From Pseudomonadota bacterium (GTDB taxonomy: Bacteria; Pseudomonadota; Alphaproteobacteria; Rhodobacterales; Rhodobacteraceae): a stretch of 64,000 bases of DNA. Where the stretch lies: assembly GCA_036337105.1 (NCBI GenBank), contig JAYZEV010000005.1, forward strand, positions 3,084 through 67,083. The letters run 5' to 3'. Positions 34,755-44,523 of this stretch are shown here, piece by piece. The position numbers were made by a program, and so were the translations under genes. The notes under the pieces are model-generated. The model was not told where the DNA came from, searched no databases, and saw only the letters and a program-made list of their open reading frames with translations. How positions within the stretch are numbered: the first letter of the stretch is position 1; every line of letters begins with the position of its first letter.

Positions 34755-35525
34755 ATGAGGTATAAAATCGAACATATAAAAAGAAATATAAAGAATCGTA
34801 AGAACCGAATTTGGATCTTTGGAGTGCACGCCGTTACAGCAGCTTTACTCAACCCAAACCGTGTTAAGCACAGGCTAATGTTAACGCCTAATGCTAGTAA
34901 GAAGTTTTTGGATATCCCCAAAACTAAGGCTATAAAAGTGGAGATTACCACTGCTAAGCAATTTTGTCCGCCTCTTGATAATAATAGCGCACATCAAGGC
35001 GCTGCACTAGAAGCTGATCCCTTAAAGTGGGGCCCTGTACAGGAAATTTGTAAACCTGACACCAGACCAAAGTTTGTTGTACTTCTGGATCGTTTAACCG
35101 ATCCAAATAATGTTGGTGCTATTATCAGGTCGGCAGAAGTTTTTGGATCATCAGCAGTTATTGCGCCACTTCGGTATAGCGCACCCGAAACTGGTGCCTT
35201 AGCCAAATCAGCGTCTGGCGCACTGGAAAGACAGCCTTACATTAGAGTCAAAAACCTCTCACAGGAAATTGAGAGATTAAAGAAACTAGGCTACTGGTGC
35301 ATAGGCTTAGAAGGTTCTAGCGAGACTAATCTCGAGGATGGACTTATCAAAAGATTTCCAGAGGGTTCATTTGCCTTGGTTTTAGGGGGTGAAGGTAAAG
35401 GTTTAAGAGAACTCACAAAAAGAAATTGTGACGAACTTGTTCGCATTGGAGAAAACAGGTTCTTTGGTTCTTTAAATGTATCCAATGCAGCAGCTGTAGC
35501 AATGTTTTGCATTAAAAAACGGTGA
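34755..35525 (+). CDS. rlmB: SpoU/TrmH-family rRNA 2'-O-methyltransferase (RlmB-like)
   Basis: N-terminal substrate-binding domain (IFGVHAVTAALLNPNR) and SPOUT motifs (DPNNVGAIIRSAEVFG; LVLGGEGKGLR; LNVSNAAAVAMF). The start is uncertain (GTG 34713 or ATG 34755). Confidence 0.8.
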   Translation: MRYKIEHIKRNIKNRKNRIWIFGVHAVTAALLNPNRVKHRLMLTPNASKKFLDIPKTKAIKVEITTAKQFCPPLDNNSAHQGAALEADPLKWGPVQEICKPDTRPKFVVLLDRLTDPNNVGAIIRSAEVFGSSAVIAPLRYSAPETGALAKSASGALERQPYIRVKNLSQEIERLKKLGYWCIGLEGSSETNLEDGLIKRFPEGSFALVLGGEGKGLRELTKRNCDELVRIGENRFFGSLNVSNAAAVAMFCIKKR

Positions 35526-35771
35526 AAAGGCGCAGAAGAAAGGTTCTAAAATTCCATACGTTGACTGAATTTAATGATTTGCATAATTATTGCAACTTTG
35601 GTTTTTTTAAACTATTATATTGAGCTCACTTTCAAAAGTTTAGTGTTTAATGTGAACAGAGATCTTATTTAGAAACTAGCAATAGTATTTGATAGAATCT
35701 TAAGAAGGACACAACAGAGCATTGTAATTTAACTGGAACTTTCGTCATAGGTTGCCAAAGAAACTTGAAAA

Positions 35772-37598
35772 ATGAAATTACCAGACCGTTTTGCGCTTAA
35801 GCTTTCCAAGGAAAACATCCATTTACTCGTTCAAAGTCCCGACGGGTGTCAAAGAATTATTGGGACAAGTGACCCAAACAAACCGACACTTACAAACGAC
35901 TTAAAACGGCTCTTGGACCAACTCAAAGCTCTTACTGATGACTATCCTGTAGTGGACGTTTTGCTGCCAAATGATCTTGTTTTGTGCCAGAGGGTCAAGG
36001 TTGATGAACCGTTTAGCCAATCTAGCGCAACCGATTTTATTGGGGAAAAGTGTGACCTAGAGAAACACGAAGTTATGGTGGCAATAAGTACAGTCAGCAA
36101 TGAAAATAATCAAACAATAGCAGCAGTGACTTCCAAAACTATAACGGAAACAAGAATATTTCTAAAGAATGCAGGATTTTATACCCAACACTTCATGGCG
36201 GCAAGCCCAGTAAGTGGATTTAAAAAGGCACCAATTTTCGCCTCCGATAAGGTTCCTTGGAATCGTAACACGATAAAGAAAACTGCCACAGCTACAGCTT
36301 GGACTGTTGCCGCCGGATTTTTAATTGCATTATTTCAAATTTTTTCAAATACTTACCTAGTAACACCCAGTGCAAAAATACTGGATAATCCTGAGATAGC
36401 TCAATTTGAATACCAAACACCATCAAAATATTCACCCTCAAATCTAAACAAAAAACCTTTATACCACATCGAGGCACCAGAAATCACTCAGCTCAAACCA
36501 TTGAGTAAAGTCACAACATCTAATCCAAAGAAACATTCAAGTCTTAACTTTCTAACTGACCAATCAGTGACAACAAGTTCTAAGCCAGTGGAAGTTAAAG
36601 GTCGATATTTGGAGCGGTCCGCTAGTATAGAAACTGAGGCTCGTCTTGGCTACGTAGAGGCTAAGTACAACGAAAGCTATGCCAGAAAAATGTCTCATAT
36701 AACCTCGCCAGCAGGAAATAGTATTTTGTACCTTTACTTAACTCCAAAATTAAAGATGCAGCTGTTAACGACGTCGATAGGCAGTTTGAGTCCTCTACCA
36801 GAAGAGAGAGTTTCTAGATCAGAGGTAGTGTCACTAAAAGGTGAATTCTCGCGAATACAAACCCCATCTGTCAAAAATAACCACTTGACGGATTTCGTGC
36901 CTTCTTCTGAGCGACCGATGCATAGCAATTTAGATTGGTTAATGAGAGATAGTACTTTAACCAAAAATCAAAATTTAGACTTAACACCATTAGCACGTTT
37001 CTTTCACAATGACTATCGGTTAGAAAGCCAATTGAAGGATAAACCGATATTGAAAGTAAAGGTTTTTGAGTACTCCCAAACCATTGAAACAGGGCAATAC
37101 TATGAAACCATAGCAGCAATCGATCCCTACGAGCTGACCGAGAAGGAGCGTTTGCTTTCTAAAAAGTACAAACCGAATGAAAGGCCGAAAATTATTGCAG
37201 CCATAAAACTATTAGCCGAACCAACTCTCTCATCTGGCGCTATAACCTATAGCGAATTCCCGATGGTCCGTCCATTAAACGTAATCGAACTTGCTAGGTT
37301 GGAGCCTAATTCGATCAGTATCTCAGCAAAAGCCACCAAACGACCTACATTCCCTCGTCGAGCCTCAGTTGAAAGTAACGCGACAATCAATAATATTCTA
37401 GAACTTAATAGGACTAACCTTATCGGAGTATTTGGAACAGAATTAAATGCAGTAGCACTTATAAGACTCTCTTCAGGTAGGGTAATTAAAGTTAAGGTAG
37501 GGGATAGATTCCAAGGATGGCAGGTACTTACCATACATAAAGATAAAATTGACCTTGCAAACGGAGCAAAATTAGAAACCTTACGACTTCCTGGTTGA
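35772..37598 (+). CDS. Hypothetical single-pass membrane protein (608 aa)
   Basis: A long ORF after an AT-rich 245-bp spacer. It has a ~165-aa N-terminal domain, one TM (about aa 172-192, TATAWTVAAGFLIALFQIF), a long S/T/P/K/N-rich region and a compact beta-rich C-terminal ~70 aa. Confidence 0.5.
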   Translation: MKLPDRFALKLSKENIHLLVQSPDGCQRIIGTSDPNKPTLTNDLKRLLDQLKALTDDYPVVDVLLPNDLVLCQRVKVDEPFSQSSATDFIGEKCDLEKHEVMVAISTVSNENNQTIAAVTSKTITETRIFLKNAGFYTQHFMAASPVSGFKKAPIFASDKVPWNRNTIKKTATATAWTVAAGFLIALFQIFSNTYLVTPSAKILDNPEIAQFEYQTPSKYSPSNLNKKPLYHIEAPEITQLKPLSKVTTSNPKKHSSLNFLTDQSVTTSSKPVEVKGRYLERSASIETEARLGYVEAKYNESYARKMSHITSPAGNSILYLYLTPKLKMQLLTTSIGSLSPLPEERVSRSEVVSLKGEFSRIQTPSVKNNHLTDFVPSSERPMHSNLDWLMRDSTLTKNQNLDLTPLARFFHNDYRLESQLKDKPILKVKVFEYSQTIETGQYYETIAAIDPYELTEKERLLSKKYKPNERPKIIAAIKLLAEPTLSSGAITYSEFPMVRPLNVIELARLEPNSISISAKATKRPTFPRRASVESNATINNILELNRTNLIGVFGTELNAVALIRLSSGRVIKVKVGDRFQGWQVLTIHKDKIDLANGAKLETLRLPG

Positions 37599-38225
37599 AC
37601 TTGAGTTACAGAGTCTTTTCTTAAAATTCTCCCAATCCTGGTAATAATCGATATCAAATAAAGCTCTATCGCCGCTCATTCTAACCTCCTCTACCTGCAA
37701 TTTACGACTCTCAAAAATATTTTTTGCCCCTATATCACCGCGTAACGACTTCAAATGACCAAAAACACTTTTGGGAAATAAAACAGGATGGCCTGCCGTC
37801 CCCTCTTCTGAAACGGCTCTCAGAACGCAGGATTTCGGAGAGTGGTTAAACTTTTGGATTAAGTCATCAAAGTCACGTCGGGAGACAAATGGCATATCTG
37901 CCAGCGCGATAATCACAGCATCTACCGACGCATTCAATTTCTTTATTCCGGCGCGAATTGAGGCACCAACACCAAACTTAAAATTGTTACAATATATAAT
38001 ATCAATCGGAAGTCCATTTAGAGCTCGCCTTCTTTCAGCTGAGTTATAGCCAAGAACCACTCTTACTAAGCCCGCATTGCTTTCAACCGCCTCTTTAGTT
38101 GTCCGTTGGATAAGCTTTTCGCCATTAAGCTCCAGTAACAATTTATCAACACCTTTCATTCTGGAGGATGTTCCAGCTGCGAGCATAATAATTTCAATTT
38201 CATTCTTCTTATCAAAATTTCTCAT
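37581..38225 (-). CDS. MobA/MocA-like nucleotidyltransferase (molybdenum cofactor cytidylyl/guanylyltransferase family)
   Basis: N-terminal NTP-binding loop (MLAAGTSSRMKGVDKLLLELNGEKLI) and a length of about 200 aa. Its 3' end overlaps the convergent 608-aa ORF by 18 nt. Confidence 0.7.
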   Translation of the reverse strand: MRNFDKKNEIEIIMLAAGTSSRMKGVDKLLLELNGEKLIQRTTKEAVESNAGLVRVVLGYNSAERRRALNGLPIDIIYCNNFKFGVGASIRAGIKKLNASVDAVIIALADMPFVSRRDFDDLIQKFNHSPKSCVLRAVSEEGTAGHPVLFPKSVFGHLKSLRGDIGAKNIFESRKLQVEEVRMSGDRALFDIDYYQDWENFKKRLCNSSSTRKS

Positions 38226-38285
38226 GTTTTACATTTATCTTCATAAAAAGTCTCTTTGGCTGAAACTATAATCTACAACTCAAAT

Positions 38286-39302
38286 CTATCTCAATTCTAT
38301 TTTTCGTAACTTTAAAATCACCTCAGACATAATTGATACCGCTATTTCCTCTGGCGTAATTGCCCCGATATCCAAACCTACTGGAGCATGAATCCTATTG
38401 ATATCCCCATCTGAAAATCCCATTTTCAAGAGCCTGTCTCTTCTCTTCTTATGTGTTTTCCGCGAGCCTAAACAGCCAACATAAAACGCATCAGACCTCA
38501 GAGCTATCTTTAATCCTGAGTCATCGATTTTTGGATCATGTGTTAAGAAAACAATTGCAGTAGAGGTGTTAGGCGCCAATTGCGGAATTGCCTTATCTGG
38601 CCACTCAACTATTACTTTTGAACTCGGGAATCTCACTGGCGACGAAAAAATATCGCGCGGGTCAATTACAATAATTTCAAATGCAGCGAGTTCCGCAATT
38701 TTAACCAAAGCCTGAGCGATGTGTACTGCTCCTATAATTACCAACCTTGGCATTGGTCCGAAATAGTTAAAGAAGCGACTACCGATAACGAATGATTTTT
38801 CTGTACTTAAAGCGGAACTTTTCTCCATATTTTTTGAAAAGTTTTCCACTTCCCGACTGCTAGCAAAGGTATGGATTGATCGTTCAAAGGAGTTTAAGTC
38901 GGTAACGAGAAAAAATTTCTCGTTTCTTGATATCAGCTCACTGAGTTTCTCTAAAATCTTCTTGGGAATTCCTTGTCCAAAGTTAACAGGCTCGATCAAC
39001 ACTTTAATTTTTCCGCCGCAACTTAAACCCACTGAAAACGCAGTCTCATCAGAGACACCAAATTCATGCAACTGACACTTTCCAATCCTGATTGCATCTA
39101 GCCCGTAGTGCAGCACTGCACTTTCTACACATCCACCAGATATCGACCCATCCATAATACCTTCCGACGTTAATAACAATTGTGATCCTGGAGGCCTGGG
39201 TGCAGAACCCCAAGTTTCGATCACAGTTGCTATACAGATCCGTTGCCCTTGTCGCAAAAGGTCTAAAGCAACTATTGGGATCGTATCTTCAGAGTGTTTC
39301 AT
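38286..39302 (-). CDS. XdhC/CoxI family molybdo-enzyme maturation protein
   Basis: XdhC_CoxI N-domain (ATVIETWGSAPRPPGSQLLL...GSISGGCVE) and a Rossmann-like C-domain (RLVIIGAVHIAQAL). Confidence 0.8.
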   Translation of the reverse strand: MKHSEDTIPIVALDLLRQGQRICIATVIETWGSAPRPPGSQLLLTSEGIMDGSISGGCVESAVLHYGLDAIRIGKCQLHEFGVSDETAFSVGLSCGGKIKVLIEPVNFGQGIPKKILEKLSELISRNEKFFLVTDLNSFERSIHTFASSREVENFSKNMEKSSALSTEKSFVIGSRFFNYFGPMPRLVIIGAVHIAQALVKIAELAAFEIIVIDPRDIFSSPVRFPSSKVIVEWPDKAIPQLAPNTSTAIVFLTHDPKIDDSGLKIALRSDAFYVGCLGSRKTHKKRRDRLLKMGFSDGDINRIHAPVGLDIGAITPEEIAVSIMSEVILKLRKIELR

Positions 39303-39335
39303 GTCTTTCCTGATAAAATATAATTCCTACCAAAC

Positions 39336-40712
39336 TTATAGTAACAGATGTGACGCCAGGAAAAGAAATATAAAAAGTCCAATAATATCAGTGACTGTGG
39401 TAACAAAAACTCCAGAAGAAACTGCCGGATCTACCTTGAGTTTCGATAAACCGACTGGAAGGAGTATCCCCGCCAGACCCGCCACGATCATATTTACAAT
39501 CATTGCAATCGCAATCACAATACCAAGATAATAATTGTGGTACCAGACTATACCCACCAGTCCTGTGACAAACGCAAAAACACAACCGTTCATTAGACCT
39601 ACCAGCGTTTCTCGAATAATGATTCTGTACAGGTTTTCTCTTGTGAGATCTCTGGTAGCAATTGCGCGAACTGCAATTGTAAGCGTTTGAGTTCCTGCGT
39701 TTCCACCCATCGATGCTACTATCGGCATAAGAACTGCTAGCGCAATCACAGCATTTAAAGTTTCCGTGAACTGATATATCACCGTTGAGGCCAAAACGGC
39801 AGTTATAAGGTTTGCAAATAGCCACGGGAATCTGGCTGCAGTAATTCCTAAAACGCTGTCCGATAGCTCTTCATTTCCCAGCCCAGCCAATCTTTTTAAA
39901 TCTTCTTCAGTCTCATCTTCTAATACAGTCATTGCATCATCGATTGTTATTACGCCAACCAACCGATTATCCTCGTCAGTCACCGGCGCCGAAACCATAT
40001 GATACTGATTAAAAGCATATGCGACATCTTCCTTTGACTGATTTACATCAAAGACTTCAAAATCAATTTTCATTATTTTTTTCAACGAGGTTTCTCTCGG
40101 AGAGCTCATTAATACACCTAATGGAACCACGCCAATGGGGTGCCCCTTTGGTGACGAAACAATAATCTCATAGAAATTTGATGGCAACCGTGTGTTGGCT
40201 CGTAGGAAATCGATCGTATTTCCAACATTCCAGTGCTCTGGGGCATTTACCACCTCTAATTGCATTAACTTACCAGCGCTGTCTTCACTGTACTTCAGAG
40301 TCCGTTCTATCGCATCGCGCTCAGATTTTAAAAATGAATTTAAGATTTTATTTTTTTTTGGTTCGTCGATTTTTTCAAGCAGTGAGATTATATCATCCGT
40401 TTGCAAGCCCTTTACCGCTGCAATTAGATGATCTACCGCAATCTCCTCTAGGAGTTCAGTTAAAACGCCTTCTCCTAATTCTGACAGGACATCCCCTCGA
40501 AGCTCCTGTCCCCACAGTTTTACAATTGCTAATCGCTCCGCCCTACTAATTTGCTCCAAAAAATCTGCGAGGTCAGCACCATGTAGTTTTCTAGCGATTT
40601 GGCTAAAGGTGGTACTATCCTTTTCATAGACTGCCTTGTGAATTGATGCAAAGTGGTGTTGGCGTATGTTACCAACTTCTAAATGCCTAGTCTTAAAAAT
40701 GTCGTCCGTCAT
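39336..40712 (-). CDS. mgtE: Magnesium transporter MgtE
   Basis: MgtE N-domain, a tandem CBS pair and a five-TM C-terminal domain (PIVASMGGNAGTQ...DPAVSSGVFVTTVTDIIG). Confidence 0.95.
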   Translation of the reverse strand: MTDDIFKTRHLEVGNIRQHHFASIHKAVYEKDSTTFSQIARKLHGADLADFLEQISRAERLAIVKLWGQELRGDVLSELGEGVLTELLEEIAVDHLIAAVKGLQTDDIISLLEKIDEPKKNKILNSFLKSERDAIERTLKYSEDSAGKLMQLEVVNAPEHWNVGNTIDFLRANTRLPSNFYEIIVSSPKGHPIGVVPLGVLMSSPRETSLKKIMKIDFEVFDVNQSKEDVAYAFNQYHMVSAPVTDEDNRLVGVITIDDAMTVLEDETEEDLKRLAGLGNEELSDSVLGITAARFPWLFANLITAVLASTVIYQFTETLNAVIALAVLMPIVASMGGNAGTQTLTIAVRAIATRDLTRENLYRIIIRETLVGLMNGCVFAFVTGLVGIVWYHNYYLGIVIAIAMIVNMIVAGLAGILLPVGLSKLKVDPAVSSGVFVTTVTDIIGLFIFLFLASHLLL

Positions 40713-40752
40713 AGCCTCTCCACTTAGTCAAGAAATTGCTATCAAATTTTAT

Positions 40753-41382
40753 TTATTTTGTTCCATACATGCGATCACCCGCATCCCCGAGGCCTGGTAA
40801 GATATAACCAATATCATTAAGCTTTCTATCAAGAGCCGCAGTTACTATTGGGACATCTGGATGATTCTCGGTCAAAGTTTTTACGCCTTCTGGGGCTGCC
40901 AACAAGCACAGGTATCGAATATTTGCAGCTCCAGCTTCTTTCAAAAGATCGATAGCTTTGACAGCAGAATTACCAGTTGCCAACATCGGATCCAAAGCAA
41001 TTGTGACACGACTCTGCAAGTCTTTTGGGACTTTGAAGTAATACTGCACTGGCTTTAAAGTCTCCTCATCTCTAAACAAGCCTACGAAACCCACCCGAGC
41101 GGAAGGTATCAAATCTAAAACACCGTCTAAAAGTCCATTTCCAGCACGGAGTATAGATATCAATGCAAGCTTCTTCCCGCTTAGCGTCGGTGCATTCATT
41201 TCCTCCAAGGGAGTCCTTATTCGATCCAAAGTCATTGGTAGAGATCGAGTTATTTCATATGCTAACAATAAGCTAATCTCGCGGAGCAGGTTACGGAAGT
41301 GGTTAGTGGGTGTTTCCAGCTTCCGCAACTCGGTAAGCTTATGTTGGACCAGCGGATGATCTACTATCGTCAAATTCTTCAT
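40753..41382 (-). CDS. upp: Uracil phosphoribosyltransferase
   Basis: 209 aa with [12 protein letters not shown] at the N-terminus, a PRPP loop ([11 protein letters not shown]) and the C-terminus [17 protein letters not shown]. Confidence 0.95.
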   Translation of the reverse strand: MKNLTIVDHPLVQHKLTELRKLETPTNHFRNLLREISLLLAYEITRSLPMTLDRIRTPLEEMNAPTLSGKKLALISILRAGNGLLDGVLDLIPSARVGFVGLFRDEETLKPVQYYFKVPKDLQSRVTIALDPMLATGNSAVKAIDLLKEAGAANIRYLCLLAAPEGVKTLTENHPDVPIVTAALDRKLNDIGYILPGLGDAGDRMYGTK

Positions 41383-41489
41383 GTTCCCTCCTTATTTATA
41401 ATGACTATATGTTATTTTTTGTTTTTATCTTCAAACTGCTTTACTCAGACTCTGTTCAATCAGTACCTTGTAGAAGCAAACAGCTTCTT

Positions 41490-42716
41490 TTATTTATAAT
41501 TAGCGTATTTTATAAGCGAACTGCCGTGCCCTCCTTGAGAAAGCCTCAAGAACTCAGCCATTGTTTCTCCAACGTCACAAAAATCAACTATTCCATAGCT
41601 TCCCCTGACCACGCCCTTGCCCCGCAGAAGAACGGGAACTCTCTCTCTCGTATGATCTGTTCCTCGAAACGTGGGGTCATTGCCGTGATCTGCCGTGATA
41701 ATGAGCAAATCCTCATTCGAAAGTCGCTCCAAAAGTTTAGGTAAATTCTTGTCGAATTTTTCAAGAGCCCTGGCATACCCACTGATATCTCTTCGATGCC
41801 CATACATCGAGTCAAACTCAACAAAATTCGCAAAAATAAGATCATTATCCTCAGCGACAGCTAATAGTTCCAATAGCTTGAAAAACAATTTTTCGTCCGA
41901 GAGACCCGATGAAAATGTCTCCACGGATCTGTTGTCAAATATATCACCAATTTTTCCAATACCCCAGCACCGAGACCCTTTTGAAACGACACGATCACAC
42001 AAATTTCCTTCAGGTGGTGGAACAGCAAAATCTTTGCGCGCATCAGTACGAAAAAAACCAAATTTATTGTCTCCGGCAAATGGGCGCGCAATTATTCGGC
42101 AAACACCCCGTGGGTGAAAAATACCTGCAGTAATTTCACTTAGGTGCATTAATTTTTCGAGTCCAAAAAAATCCTCGTGAGCGGCTATTTGAATTACACT
42201 ATCATTCGATGTATAAAATATTGGTTTTCCTGTCTCTATGTGTTTGGATCCCAAAGTCGCAATTATTTCCGTTCCAGAAGCGTGACAATTTCCTAGAATA
42301 CCTGGAATCTTTGCCAAAGTGCATATACGAGACAACTCTGTTCCGCAAAGAACTGGCTTTCCCAGTTTAAAATAATGCCATTTAGTGGCTGCGGGGGCAC
42401 CGGTCAACTCCCAGTGGCCAGATGGTGTATCTTTTCCAGACGAATTGGAAGTGGCCACAGCATATGAAGCTTCACTTTGGGTCGGGGCGATGGCTTCAAA
42501 CTTTTTTTCAGATAAGGCGAGCGCTTGATATATACCCAAAGAACTAAGATTTGGAATTTCTAGTTTTCCACTGCGGTCGACGTTTGCTTCACCAGCCTCA
42601 CATGCTCGGATTAAATTTCCTAACGTGTTCGCACCTAAATCGTTAAACTTCTGTGCATCCGGGGCACCACCTACGCCAACCGAGTCTAAAACTAATAGAA
42701 TGCCTTTTCCCATCAC
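41490..42716 (-). CDS. deoB: Phosphopentomutase
   Basis: The alkaline-phosphatase-superfamily N-terminus (LLVLDSVGVGGAPDA), FANFVEFDSMYGHRRD and ITADHGNDPT are characteristic of DeoB. Confidence 0.9.
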   Translation of the reverse strand: MMGKGILLVLDSVGVGGAPDAQKFNDLGANTLGNLIRACEAGEANVDRSGKLEIPNLSSLGIYQALALSEKKFEAIAPTQSEASYAVATSNSSGKDTPSGHWELTGAPAATKWHYFKLGKPVLCGTELSRICTLAKIPGILGNCHASGTEIIATLGSKHIETGKPIFYTSNDSVIQIAAHEDFFGLEKLMHLSEITAGIFHPRGVCRIIARPFAGDNKFGFFRTDARKDFAVPPPEGNLCDRVVSKGSRCWGIGKIGDIFDNRSVETFSSGLSDEKLFFKLLELLAVAEDNDLIFANFVEFDSMYGHRRDISGYARALEKFDKNLPKLLERLSNEDLLIITADHGNDPTFRGTDHTRERVPVLLRGKGVVRGSYGIVDFCDVGETMAEFLRLSQGGHGSSLIKYANYK

Positions 42717-44020
42717 TTTACATAATCGATTATTAAGTCACACTTTTTGATTTTTTGGTCGTCAATTTTGTAAGCCCTTATCATCCTGCTTTTAGCCTCT
42801 TCAAATTTTTCCCAGTCATTCGCATGGATTCGACCAATCGGGATATTTTTATCGGCCTTATCACCAATCGAGAGCAAATTGTCAAAACCTACAGAATAAT
42901 CTATCTTATCTTTCACTGTTCGCCTACCACCCCCCAGTTCAACTACCGAAATTCCCAAAGATCTCGTGTCAACAGCTGAAACGGTCCCCGACTGAGGAGC
43001 ATAAACATCCTCAACAATTGTTGCCCTTGGCAAAATAGAAGAAGCTTTATCAAGAAAATTAGATGGTCCTCCCAGTACAGCAATCATTTTAGAAAATATC
43101 TCTGCAGAAGAACCTGAATCAAATGAATTCTTTATCTTTGCAAACCCCGAAGATCTATTTTCCACTAAATCCATTAAGACCAAAAGCTCAGCCCCCAAAC
43201 TACAAACTACGTTGAAGAGTCGTTGGTCTCTCTTCTTTCCTGACAAAAACTCTACTGCATTCATCACCTCGAGTGAATTTCCTACGCTTGAAGCAAGAGG
43301 CTCATTCATATCAGTCAATAACGCAATCGTTTTACAGCCCAGTAAATTTGAAACGCTCACCAGAGATTCCGCTAATGTTTTAGCGTCTCTGTGTGATGTC
43401 ATGAAAGCTCCGTTCCCACATTTTATATCAAGCACTAATGCGTCTAAGTTTGCAGAGAGCTTTTTGGAAAGTATAGAGGCGGTTATAAGATCTATTGACT
43501 CCACGGTAGCCGTAACATCACGAATCGAATACAGAATTTTATCTGCGGGAGCTACTTTTGGAGTTTGCCCAACAATTGCACAACCGGTGCTTTTTACCGC
43601 TCTTTTAAAAGTATCTAAATCTGGTTGGGTATTATAGCCAGGGATTGAGTCAAATTTGTCTAAGGTCCCACCCGTGTGTCCCAATCCCCTACCCGAAACC
43701 ATTGGCACATATCCACCGCATGCAGCAAGTGCCGGAGCCAACAATAATGATACGTTGTCACCAATGCCTCCTGTAGAGTGTTTGTCAATAATTGGACCAG
43801 TAGATTGCCAGTCTATGACTTCTCCACTATCACGCATACTCATTGTAAAGGCAACTCTCTCTTCTAAACTCATACCGTTAAAATAAGTCGCCATTGCAAA
43901 GGCGGCAGCCTGTCCCTCCGATATGTAGCCGGACGTAAGGCGCTTAACAAACCAGTCAAGTTCACTACTAGTTAAACTTAAACCGTCTCGTTTTTTTCTA
44001 ATTAATTCTTGTGCTAACAT
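42713..44020 (-). CDS. deoA: Thymidine phosphorylase
   Basis: N-terminus MLAQELIRKKRDG, the phosphate/pyrimidine site (DKHSTGGIGDNVSL; SGRGLGHTGGTLDK). The start is taken at ATG 44020, and the 3' end overlaps deoB by 4 nt. Confidence 0.9.
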   Translation of the reverse strand: MLAQELIRKKRDGLSLTSSELDWFVKRLTSGYISEGQAAAFAMATYFNGMSLEERVAFTMSMRDSGEVIDWQSTGPIIDKHSTGGIGDNVSLLLAPALAACGGYVPMVSGRGLGHTGGTLDKFDSIPGYNTQPDLDTFKRAVKSTGCAIVGQTPKVAPADKILYSIRDVTATVESIDLITASILSKKLSANLDALVLDIKCGNGAFMTSHRDAKTLAESLVSVSNLLGCKTIALLTDMNEPLASSVGNSLEVMNAVEFLSGKKRDQRLFNVVCSLGAELLVLMDLVENRSSGFAKIKNSFDSGSSAEIFSKMIAVLGGPSNFLDKASSILPRATIVEDVYAPQSGTVSAVDTRSLGISVVELGGGRRTVKDKIDYSVGFDNLLSIGDKADKNIPIGRIHANDWEKFEEAKSRMIRAYKIDDQKIKKCDLIIDYVK

Positions 44021-44065
44021 TACGGCCCTCTTTGCTCCTGTAAAGACTGTTAACACCGATAAGTC

Positions 44066-44485
44066 TCAACTTGACCTCTTACCTTTATTCTCTAAATAAC
44101 TATTATCAAAAGAGAACGGTAGAAGTTTTTCAAATGATAAAGTCTTTTTTATACCCGTCGAGTCGGCAAGATGAACTATAGTTTCTTTATATGAAAATTC
44201 TCTAATTTTTTGTCTGCAACCCCCGCACGGTACGATTAGTTTCTTTGCGTCGGATCGGATCAAAATCTCTCTTATTTTGAAACAACCACCTGCTATCATA
44301 GCAGATATCGCTCCAGACTCTGCACAAAGGCCCTGAGGGTACGCCGCGTTTTCAACGTTGCAACCCTTATAGAGATTTCCAGTTGTCGATAGGATAGCCA
44401 CCCCAACTTTAAAATTTGAATAGGGCGTGTATGCGTTTTTCATAACCAAACCAGCTAAATTAAATAAATCCATCTCATCACCCAT
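44066..44485 (-). CDS. cdd: Cytidine deaminase (homotetrameric type)
   Basis: Zinc ligand motifs CAESGAI and PCGGCRQ. About 135 aa. Confidence 0.9.
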   Translation of the reverse strand: MGDEMDLFNLAGLVMKNAYTPYSNFKVGVAILSTTGNLYKGCNVENAAYPQGLCAESGAISAMIAGGCFKIREILIRSDAKKLIVPCGGCRQKIREFSYKETIVHLADSTGIKKTLSFEKLLPFSFDNSYLENKGKRSS

Positions 44486-44523
44486 CTACGTGAACAATCT
44501 TATTTCGACCCAAATGACATAAA

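Noticed and set aside
39388-39825. 145-aa alternative-frame ORF inside mgtE, and similar in-gene ORFs (e.g. 40178-40549, 14427-14864, 33211-33501, 26151-26360, 26383-26601)
   Set aside because: All are embedded in or antisense to genes with clear family identity, and they have skewed composition. The ones inside the flagellin repeats arise from the codon-biased repeat DNA.
41470-41500. Hairpin GAAGC-aaaca-GCTTC followed by Ts after deoB
   Set aside because: The T-run is on the plus strand, whereas all neighbouring genes are on the minus strand. On the minus strand the hairpin has no U-tract, so it is not a convincing terminator.
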